Source: Octopus vulgaris
Taxonomy: Eukaryota
Reading direction: 5' to 3'
Length of the DNA: 64,000 bases
Assembly (NCBI GenBank): GCA_951406725.2
Contig: OX597814.1
Span: forward strand, 170,004,001 to 170,068,000
Notes under the pieces: model-generated
The model's database searches: none
Seen by the model: the letters and a program-made list of their open reading frames with translations, nothing else
What the model was told of the DNA's origin: nothing
Translations under genes and position numbers: made by a program
Part shown: in pieces, positions 51,809-64,000 of the stretch
Position numbering within the stretch: position 1 is the stretch's first letter
Layout of the letters: every line of letters starts with the position of its first letter

Positions 51809-52189
51809 CATACAAGTATATAAAAGGACAATGCTCATTATTATATTAGGAGAATATACATACATTTTAACACTTTACAGTATATTTATGTATATACATA
51901 ATTCTATACGTTGATCTAAAACAACAGAATTAATAAAGGAAGACCGGAATTTAAGGGAAAAGAAAAACCAAAAGGTCTCATGATATTCATTGAAGGATTT
52001 TATTTCAGATATTCTCATTTTAAAAATCATTTCCAGTTAATCATTGAGAGGACATTGGTGTTGCATTGGCAGAGGTTTGCACTGAGTGCTCTTGTTACTT
52101 AGAAATCATAATTATTATCGATGTTGTTCTCCGAAAATGTGTGGCCTTGTGCCTCTGTTAGAAATCATTATTATTATTGTTGTTATTAT

Positions 52190-52641
52190 TAGGGCAGTGA
52201 GCTGGCAGAATCGTTAGTGTACTTGATGAAATGTTTATTGGCGAGCTGGCAGAAACATTAGCACGCCAGGCAAAATGCTTAGTGGTATTTCGTCTGCCGC
52301 TACGTTCTGAGTTCAAATTCCGCTGAGATCGACTTTGCCTTTCATCCTTTCGGGGTCGATTAAATAAGTACCAGTTACGCACTGGGGTCGATATAATCGA
52401 CTTAATTCGTTTGTCTGTCCTTGTTTGTCCCCTCAACGTTTAGCCCCTTGTGGGTAGTAAAGAAATAGGTATTTCACCCATCGCTACATTCTGAGTTCAA
52501 ATTCCGCTGAGGTCAACTTTACCTTTCATCCTTTCAGGGTCGATAAATTAAGTACCAGTGAAACACTGGGGTTGATGTACTTAACTAGCCTACTCCCACA
52601 AGTTTCAGGCCTTGTGCCTATAGTAGAAAGGATTATTATTA

Positions 52642-52697
<56 letters not shown>

Positions 52698-53265
52698 ATT
52701 ATTATTATTATTATAAGGCAGTGAGCTAGCATAATCATAAGCATGCCAAACAAAATGTTTACCTGCATTTCGTCCATCTTTACATTCTGAGTTCAAATTC
52801 TGCTGAGGTCAACATTGCCTTTCATCCTTTTGGGGTCAATGAAATAAGTACCAGTTACACACTGGGGTCTATGTAATCTACTTAATCCTTTTGTCTGTCC
52901 TTGTTTGTCCCCTCAATGTTTAGTCCCCTGTGGGCAATAAAGAAATAAATATTCTATTTAAGGCGGCGAGCTGGCAGAAACATTAGCACACCAGGCAAAA
53001 TGCTTAGCGGTATCTCATCTGTCATTATATTCTGAGTTCAAATTCTGCCGAGGTCGAATTTGCCTTTCAACCTTTTGGGGTCAATAAATTAAGTATCAGT
53101 TGCATACTGGGGTCAATCTAATCGAGTGGCCCCCACCTTCAAAATTCCAGGCCTTGTGCCTAGAGTAGAAAAGATGAAATAAGTATCAATTGAACACTGA
53201 TGTTGATGTAATCAACTTGTCCTGTCCCCTAAAACTGCTGGCCTTGTGCCAAAATTTGAAATTAC
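52190..53265 (+). mobile_element. Tandem/nested cluster of family B SINEs with (TTA)n linkers
   Basis: At least four gagttcaaattc...gcctttcatcctttcggggtcgat...agtaccag modules in the same orientation. Confidence 0.9.
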
Positions 53266-54071
53266 TATTATTATGTTTTATGTTTTATATTTTATGGAGA
53301 TTGAATGTATTCAGACAATTTTATGGATAGATTCCTATGCTTGTTGTACTTAATAAAAAAAAATCTTTTTTTTTTTTTATTAAGTTTTACAGTATTTAAG
53401 TACCCAATCCTTTTTGCTTAGAGGTGGTAAATATAAAGCTTATCTTTAGATTTATATGTTTTTCATAATTTATTTTGTTAACATTTGTTCATTTGCAGAA
53501 CAGTGTGGGTTTCTTCCTCTGGCATTCAAATCCTCGAAATTTTGAAGACATTTTCAAAATTTTTTAAGCATTAACAAGGATTTTGAAAAAAAAAAAAAAC
53601 GGGGAAAAAAAAACCTGACAAGCTGAAGGTAAAAAGATGTAAGCGCAAACACACTACACAGACAAAAGGAAATGGTAATTTTACAAACAACCAACAACAG
53701 AAATGGCAAAACGGTAAATGCATTGTTGTCCAAAATGGAACAAGCACATGCTGCTTGATTCCAAGCAGATGCGTACAGCTTTCCAATGGGTTTTCACTTG
53801 ATCATTTAGTGTAAATACCAGTGATACTGATGGGCTTTAGCATCTGGTTGGTGGCCTTCCATGGAAGCCTGTGTGGTAAGAAGCTTGTTTCCCAACCACA
53901 TAGTTTCGGGTTCAGCCCCACTGCATGACAACTTGGGCAAGTGCCTTCTGCTATAGCCTTGGGCCAAACAAAGCCTCGTGAGGAGGTTTGGTAGACAGGA
54001 ACTGAAAGAAGCCTGTCCTGTGGGTATATATGTATATATATATATCATCATCATCAGCATCATCATCATCA

Positions 54072-54590
54072 TCATGGCTCAACTTCGCGAACAAAGATCA
54101 AGAAAGCTTTCCACATCTTGTGCATGCACGCTCATGTCTGACAAGTCTGATACAGGAAAGGCAGGTCTGTGAGCAGTGTCCACAGACGAAGGCAACATCT
54201 GGTGTGGTGTCAGAGGCAGCTCGTGCCTTCCTCCTGCACCTCTTGTCCTTAACCGCATCTCTTCTTTGTTCCTCAAACTCATTGATCATGTTGAAGATTG
54301 TGTGGCACAAGACATCACGGTCCGCAGCCAAGTCTGACCAGCATTGGTGGCTAATATGACATGCTGTGAGAGACTTCTTGAGGCAGTCTTTGTAGCGCTT
54401 CCTTGGGGCTCCTCTCACAAGGTGGCTGGTGGAGAGTTTGCCAAACAGGGCAATCTTAGGAAGGCAATGGTTCTCCATTCTGGAGACATGCCCTGCCCAT
54501 TGGAGGTGGGACTTCAGTAGTATTGCTTCAATGCTGGGGATCTCGGCCTGCTCCAAAACTTCACCCGTGTATGTTGAGGATGGTGCAGAG
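54072..54590 (-). mobile_element. RTE-clade LINE 3' fragment inserted in the microsatellite of a family A SINE
   Basis: PSIEAILLKSHLQWAGHVSRMENHCLPKIALFGKL...GAPRKRYKDCLKKSL...CGHCSQTCLSCIRLVRHERAC. The SINE head is at 53865-54020 and its tail at 54880-55105. Confidence 0.9.
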
Positions 54591-54601
54591 ACATATATAT
54601 G

Positions 54602-54649
<48 letters not shown>

Positions 54650-54654
54650 TATAG

Positions 54655-54733
<79 letters not shown>

Positions 54734-54814
54734 AAGAGAGAGAGAGAGATAGATAGATAGATAGATAGATAGATATAGATAGATAGATAGAGATAGATAG
54801 ATAGATAGATAGAT

Positions 54815-54846
<32 letters not shown>

Positions 54847-55104
54847 TTAGAAAGATATAGATATATATGGGGCAAGGGCTGTCCTTGCCCCCACCATTGC
54901 TTGACAACTGGTGCTGGTGTGGTTCCATCCGCATAACATAGTGGTTCAGTAAAAGAGATTAATAGAATAAGTGTCAGGCTTAAAAATAAAATAAATACTG
55001 AAATAAGTACTAGAATCGATTCATTTGCCTAAAAATTCTCAAAGGCAGTGCCCCAGCATGGCCACAGTCTAATGACTGAAACAAATTAAAGATGAAAGAT
55101 AAAA

Positions 55105-55210
55105 GACAGTAGTTGAGATAGAGTTGGCAGTAAGTGGTTGTGCACGAGAAAACTCACCTGGTGGGGGTGATTTGCCCTACAAACTTTATGTGTACATGCC
55201 AGATTTCATC
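55105..55210 (+). mobile_element. Short Tx1/L1-like RT-upstream fragment
   Basis: TVVEIELAVSGCARENSPGGGDLPYKLYVYMPDF resembles the ..EI..A......KSPGxDGLPYExY motif. Confidence 0.5.
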
Positions 55211-55334
55211 AGCAGAACTGGAGAATTCCCAGAGCTGTAAGCTGATGGATGGTAGCACTGTTGAGGAAGGATGGGAACAAATGAATACAATTGATAATTT
55301 CCAATCAAAAGTGAACTGAAGAATGTTTGATAAA

Positions 55335-55722
55335 GGCACAGGAGTGGCTGTGTGGTAAGTAGCTTTCTTACCAACCACATGGTTCCGGGTTCAGTCCCAC
55401 TGTGTGGCATCTTGGGCAAGTGTCTTCAACTACTGCCTCAGGCTGACCAAAGCCTTGCGAGTGGATTTGGTAGACAGAAACTGAAAGAAGCCCGTCGTAT
55501 ATATGTATATATATATATGTATGTGTGTATATGTTTGTGTGTCTGTGTTTGTCTCCCCAACATTGCTTGACCACCGAAGCTGGTGTGTTTACATCCCTGT
55601 AACTTAGCAGTTCAGCAAAAGAAACTGATAGAATAAGTACTAGGCTTACAAAGAATAAGTGGTGCTCCAGCATGACCACAGTTAAATGACTGAAACAAGT
55701 AAAAGAATAAAAGAATAAAAGA
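55335..55722 (+). mobile_element. SINE family A
   Basis: Collinear with 29841-30280. Confidence 0.9.
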
Positions 55723-57119
55723 TGCTGTGTAATATTCATTTTTACTGTAAGGTAGCAAACTGGTAGAATCGTTAGCAATGTTGAGCAAAATGCATAGTGG
55801 CATTTCCTTCATCTATACTTTTTGAGTTCAAATTCTGCTGAGGTCAACATTTGCATTTCATCCTTTCAAGGTCAACAAAATATATACCAATTTAACACTG
55901 GGATCCATATAATCATCTTACTACCTGTCCTGAAAATAATGGCCTTGTGCCACAATTTGAAACCAATATTTGTTCTCATCACCATCATCACCATCATTTA
56001 ACGTCCGCTTTCCATGCTAGCATGGGTTGGACGATTTGGCTGAGGTCTGGCGAACCAGATGGCTGCACCAGGCTCCAATATGATCTGGCAAAGTTTCTAC
56101 AGCTGGATACCTTTCCTGACGCCAACCACTCCGAGAGTGTAATGGGTGCTTTTACATGCCACCGGCACGAGGGCCAGTCAGGCAGTACTGGGGTTCTTTG
56201 TATTCTGAGTTCAAATCCTGCCATTGTTTACTTGGGTGGTAGACTTAATCTGTAGCTGAGTCTAACACACACAGTCACTTGGTTTGATGCTGAAACAAAT
56301 CTCTCAACATGAAACCAACAGCAGCTTTGTTAACCCACAAATAAAAGACAAAAGCATATACATATATATATACAGTCACATACACATACACACTCACACA
56401 TATATGTATACGACTTGTACATACATACATATATAAATGTATGTACATATGTACATATATATATGCGAGTATGATACATTCTATGAACAACATGTTTATG
56501 GTTTCTTTTTCTTTCTGAAAGAGGATGATACTAGTTAGATATAGCATTTTTATGACTGTATATTTTTATTATATGAAAATTATACAGGAGAAAGTTGATT
56601 ATATATTCAGTACGATATTTTATCGCCGACTCTCCTGTCTAGAGTATAAATAATTCTATGCAGCCTCTGTTAAAAGCTTTGACCATTATTATATACACAG
56701 TTTTTACATGCAAACGAACACACACACAAAACCTGGTAAATTTTTTTTTGACAAATTATAACGGCTTTTTCCTAAACTATGTAGCTTACATAAATGTTTA
56801 TTTATCCTAACATAAATAAAATTTACAGACATTGATTTGGCATAAATAATGAGTAACATCAAAATAATTATCACACCACTGGAGCTAAAAATCAGTGAAG
56901 AATCTTCAGGAAACAGCAGTTATAAAAGTCATTATAAGAGAAACTGGTATAAATATAAATACTTTCTATTTACTTTTAGAATAATAATCAGAAATGGACA
57001 GTTGGTCAATGTTGTTTGGGTTAACTGTGCGTACCAAATTTCTTTGCTTCATGAAGAGGAGACAAAATGTGATCAAAATACCAAAGTCATTGAGAGAATC
57101 AGAGCGAGTCCAGTTTCAT

Positions 57120-57532
57120 ACTCTTTTACTCTTTTACTTGTTTCAGTCACTTGACTGTGGCCATGCTGGAGCACTGCCTTTAGTCGAGCAAATCGTCCCC
57201 ATGACTTATTCTTTGGAAGCCTAGTACTTATTCTATCGGTCTATTTTGCCAAACCACTAAGTTACAGGGACGTAAACACACCAGCATCGATTATCAAGCG
57301 ATGTTGGTGGGGGGGACAAACACAGACACACAAACTTATACACACACATACATATATATATCCATATATATGACGGGCTTCTTTTTAGTTTCCGTCCACC
57401 AAATCCACTCACAAGGCTTTGGTCGGCCCGAGACTATAATAGAAGACACTTGCCCAAGGTGCCACACAGTGGGACTGAACTTGGAACCATGTGGTTCATA
57501 AGCAAGCTACTTACCACGCAGCCACTCCTACT
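57120..57532 (-). mobile_element. SINE family A
   Basis: Collinear with 2106-2510. Confidence 0.9.
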
Positions 57533-58384
57533 GTATATATTTTTTATTTGCTTTAGTCATTAGACTGCAACCATGCTGGGGCACTGTCTTGAAGAATTTT
57601 TTAGTTGAATGAATTGAGCCCAGTACTTATTTTTTTAAGCCTGGTTCTTATTCTATCGGTCTCTTTTGCTGAACTGCTAGGCTACAGAGACGTAGATACA
57701 CTAGCACCGGTTGTCAAGCAGTGGTGGGTGACAAACACAGACATAAAAACACACACATACACATATATATATGTATACACACACACACACACATTGTCTT
57801 TAATTCCTTTAGTTGAACAAATCAACCCCAGGACTTATTCTTTGTAAACCTTGTACTTATTCCATCGATCCCTTTGCTGAACTACTAATTTACAGGGACG
57901 TAAACAATGGCAGGATTTGAACTCAGAATACAAAGAACCAGAAGAAATATTGGTTTCAAATTGTGGCATAAGGCCAGTATTTTGGGGAGGGGGTAGAAGG
58001 TAAGATACCTACATTGATCTTAGTGTTTATTGACCCTGAAAGGATGAAAGACAAAAGTTGATCTCAGCAGAATTTGAACTTAAAATGTATAGTCGAATGA
58101 AATACCACTATGCCATGACTGAGGCATTTTACCTATGACTATATCATTCACTGTTCTCCATTTTCTTCATTATTTAAAGGATATTTGGCTGCACCTTCAA
58201 GCAAATCTTGAAGATATTTTCACAAAGTGTTGCACAGCAGGACTGAACCTGAGACTACCAGGTTGGAAAGCAAACTTCTTAACCACACAATAATAGCATA
58301 TATAGTAATATATGATAATTTTAACTAGTAAAGACTTAATCTGATGAAGTTGAAAAATTATTACCAAGAATCTTACCAAGTTTC

Positions 58385-58895
58385 TTTGCAACAGCTCAGC
58401 TACTGGGAGAGGTTGAAACAGTTAAGACTCTACTCCCTGGAGAGAAGACAGGAGAGGTATGCAGTAATATATATCTGGAAGATCCTGGAAGGAATTGTGC
58501 CAAATTTTGGCATTGAAAGTTACACCAATGCCTGAATGGGATGACACTGCATAGTGCCAAAGATCCCAGAAATACCATCACGCTTCAATACCAGTTACTG
58601 CAACAGCCTGGGTTTCAAGGGCCCACAGCTTTTTAATATTCTCCCAAAGAGTCTGAGGAACTTGCACAAAGTAGATGTAGGGGTTTTAAATTAAAGCTGG
58701 ACCTCTTCCTGTTGAGAGTTCCAGATGAACCTACCACACAGCAAGAGGTGCAAATGAGGGTAGCTATATCAAACTCCATTCTTCACCAAGTGCCACATAT
58801 TAGAGGAGGCTCTTAGTAATAACAGTGTAGCAAAACGGCAGTGCATCAGCATGGCCGTAGCTCTGAGCTGAAACTAGAGAGAGAAAAAAAAAAGA
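58385..58895 (+). mobile_element. CR1/L2-group LINE 3' end
   Basis: LSYWERLKQLRLYSLERRQERYAVIYIWKILEGIVPN...NSLGFKGPQLFNILPKSLRN...KLDLFLLRVPDEP, then 3'UTR and an A-rich tail. Confidence 0.88.
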
Positions 58896-59963
58896 ATCAA
58901 TCCAATATGAATTTAAGAAGCCAAGTCTTGAACAACATGACAAAAAAAAATAACCATTCTACTGTTAGAACCATCTCTGAACTGCTTCCTAATACTTGCA
59001 CCAATATTTGATGAAATCCTCCTTCCACAGGTATATTTTCATCTCCCTTTTCACTGTTCTATGTTAATGCATCTTTTTTAATGTTAATGTGTCTTTTTTT
59101 CCTCTGAATTTATTTAGATTACTGGCTTAAATTTATTATCTTCTATAGTTTCATTTTCTCTTGTAATTAACTTCACTTTGAACTTGCTTTGAAGCCAAAA
59201 GTTTAAGTTTTTAAAAAATTGTCATCTGGATTATGCAATTAATTTATTCAAATCAGCAATTACTAAGTTGGTGAAACCATAAAAAAAGAATTTCCTTATT
59301 ATTATTTCTTTAATAAATAATAATTATTATTTTTTAATAACAAACAAATAATATAGAATTCATTATTTTTATTTGTATATTTATTTTTATTTATTCTTTT
59401 TTATTTATATTGTATTTTTTTCTCACAGCATGAACAACAGCCTTTAAAAACATTCAAAAGTTTCTTTGAACTGAATTCTAAAACTTTATTATTTCAAATT
59501 AATTAAAATCTACTTCAAATTTGAATTGGTATGTGGTTCAAGTGCTGATCTATGAAGGGCACCTTGAAATAAAATCAAAATAGACCACATGCCCATTTTA
59601 TTAGTTTTCATTTCACTTTTCCTAAGAACCTTTTAAAGTGAATGCAGCTCATATCCATGGCAATGCATATAAGTTTTAAAATTTATAGTAAATGCACAAA
59701 CAAAAACCAGACATGGAATGGCAAGCTAAACAACATATAGTAAATGCACAGATAAATGGAAAACAGACACAGAAGGTCACCAACTTCTCATTAGTTATCA
59801 GCCAGAGAGTCAAACGCAAATTTCGTGCCTTTAACAATAATATTACTTCCACTCTGGTGGCAACCAGCAAGAAACTTGCCAGAAATGGGTCCAAAACATA
59901 ACAAAATGAGACAGACAAATAACAAATAGATGAACAAGCAATACAGAACATATATACACACAA

Positions 59964-60029
<66 letters not shown>

Positions 60030-60198
60030 TGCCTGAAGAAATGAATCAATGATGATTATCAACTGGGTGCCCACAGATACTACAGACTACACTGTAATCA
60101 TCCCAGGAATATGGACTGTAATCTTAAGAGTCATATGATTTGTGGAAACATGTGTAGCAATGCATTAAATGTTTATAAATTTCATCCAAGGATTATTG

Positions 60199-60251
<53 letters not shown>

Positions 60252-60252
60252 T

Positions 60253-62016
<1,764 letters not shown>

Positions 62017-64000
62017 GGACATTCACAAGCACTACTGGAATTCCATGAATCTTATCAGACAGGCATTAGGGAAAGCCTTAAAACAAGTGGAAAAAAGTCC
62101 TGGAATAACATCACAAATTCCCAGTATTGTGCACTCCATTGTCTAGCTAATAATGATTCAATTGTTATTAAAAAGACAGATAAGGGAGGCGGTATTGTAA
62201 TTACAGACAAAAGTGAGTATATTTCAACTTGTGAAGAAGTTTTAAGTGACAAAATTTCATATGAAGAATTACCTGTCAATCCAGACCCCAATTACAGAGA
62301 GGAACTTGACAAAATAGTTCTGAAAATGGAGGGAAACAATTTCATTAATAAGGCCAAATCCTGGATTTTACACCTGTATTTTATGGTCTCCCCAAAATAC
62401 ACAAAAAGTTCGAAAGATTTCCTCTGATGCACCCAATTTGCAGTGCATATGAGTGTTGTACAACCAAAATTTAGGAGTGGCTGGGTGGTTTTCTACTCCC
62501 TGTTGCAAAAAGATCAAGTCCCTATATTCAAGATACTTTTGATTTTGCGTCTAAAATCAACAACTTTTTTTAAGCACCAAAGCCATGTTGAAAACTATTT
62601 TTTGGTAACCATGGATGTTCCTTCCTTATATCCCAATATTGACCATGATGAATGGTTAGAAGCATACATGAGTGCATTGAAAAATGGTCAAGCAAAAGTA
62701 TCCCATCTAATTTTCTCTGTAGGCTATTGAGGTTTGTGTTACGAAGTAATACAATGAAGTTTGGACAAAAATTTTGCACCATAAGTACCCCCATGGCAGT
62801 TAATTTCACTAATGTCTTCATGACAAAATTCAAGACACAGTTACTGAAGACATGCAAATCCCTACATGGTCATGGACGAATACTCTGGTTACAGTTCACT
62901 GGTGACTTCTTTTTTGTCTGGGAAGGATCACAGGACAGTTTAATTGACTTCTTGCATTTCTGTGACTGTTATGCTAAAAACTATGACTTTAAGTTCAACA
63001 TAAAATTTACATCTAGTTTTTTCAAAAACTAGTGTTGAATTTTCGGACACAAAAGTTAAATTTTCTGGAGGCAGAATAGTGACCGAGTTATTTTGCAAGC
63101 CCACATCATCCCACATTTACTTCCATCACTGCTCCAATCATCCTATCTATCTATCTGCTCAGTCGAAGTCGACTCTCAGTTACTCGATGGATCAGTGTCC
63201 TCCAGCCAGTTCTATCCTGAGTCGCTTCTTTCAGATTGGCTATGTCCATTCCTGTGTCACTCTTGATGGTATCAAGCCAGCGGGATCTTGGTCGGCCTCT
63301 TCCTCTCTTGCCACTGACCATTCCAAGCATGATGTCCTTCTCCAGGGATTTTCTCCGCATAATATGACCAAAATATGTTAATCTATGCTTGGTGATCCTA
63401 GCTTCTAGCGACAGTTTCGGCTTGATCGACATCTTATAATTTGGTCAAATCTGAAATCTCAATTTGGGGGATAAAATGGATTTGTACTAACATACAGGAT
63501 TATTGAAAACATGGAAATGCTTTTGTACACCATTATATCGAATGTAGTTACAGTGAATCACAATTAAAGGAAATAGCAAATGACATAACAAAGATTAGCA
63601 AAGAAAATCAAACTTTCACACATAATTTTAACAAACAAAGTACAATATGTGACAGAATTCTTTTAGTGATTAATTGACACCAAAATTTCGCTGGCATTTC
63701 AAAAGTATTACATGAAATAATCAACATGTTGCAGAAAAATATTCTCGTTTCAAACAGATATTTGCTCAACAGCCTATTGTAGCCTTTAGATGGAATAAAA
63801 CTATAAGAAAATTATTAACCTCTACCTCTTACTCCAAGAAAACTAAAATTGGAGTTTCTGCATGCTGTACCTTGAAAAACACCCACAAGAGAGGTTAGCC
63901 CTGTTCATTGTGCAACAACATTAGGCAAGTCAATTCCATCAGGAACCATAACAGAAACGTGAATAGATTCCCATTTGGTGTACACAGCAGAATGCACCAA
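62017..64000 (+). mobile_element. Decayed Penelope-like element ORF (RT + thumb + Cys linker), runs off the window
   Basis: ALHCLANNDSIVIKKTDKGGGIVI, FYGLPKIHK, LVTMDVPSLYPNIDH, TPMAVNFTNVFM, TELFCKPTSSHIYFHHCSNHP, IKWICTN, PIVAFRWNKTIRKLL, PCSLC; many frameshifts. Confidence 0.9.
63145..63430 (-). mobile_element. RTE/BovB-like LINE 3' fragment inserted in the Penelope-like ORF
   Basis: LEARITKHRLTYFGHIMRRKSLEKDIMLGMVSGKRGRGRPRSRWLD...WRTLIHRVTESRLRL with a (ATAG)n tail. Confidence 0.9.

Noticed and set aside
55158-55315. Minus-strand candidate exon with a strong CAG|GTGAGT donor and pyrimidine-rich acceptor
   Set aside because: The plus strand looks like a Tx1/L1-type retroelement remnant and the minus-strand peptide has no recognisable homology. 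Exonisation cannot be excluded without RNA-seq.
58950-59060. Short minus-strand open frame NSEKGDENIPVEGGFHQILVQVLGSSSEMVL
   Set aside because: Weak splice signals and no recognisable homology.

Overview
AT-rich, repeat-saturated eukaryotic DNA with no intact protein-coding gene that I can recognise. It is probably intergenic or deep-intronic. The SINE families and microsatellite density suggest an octopus (coleoid cephalopod) genome, which is an inference. Nearly all ORFs in the track are microsatellite or SINE artefacts. Recognisable content: a SINE/RTE-tail-interrupted processed 14-3-3 pseudogene; three tRNA-derived SINE families; fragments of RTE, CR1-like, R4/Dong-like, Tx1/L1-like and Penelope-like retroelements; DD37D (maT) and mariner relics; piggyBac, hAT and Tc1-type MITEs; a non-autonomous Helitron; and a probable solo LTR. 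The most notable unannotated signal is a dispersed set of self-cleaving-ribozyme motifs. There are about ten type I hammerhead-like cores from several families, two of them in head-to-head fold-back palindromes and one fused behind a tRNA-like Pol III promoter (a SINE/retrozyme-like chimera). There is also an HDV-like ribozyme candidate at the 5' end of a bipartite RTE derivative. All folds were done by eye, and coordinates of degenerate repeats are approximate.
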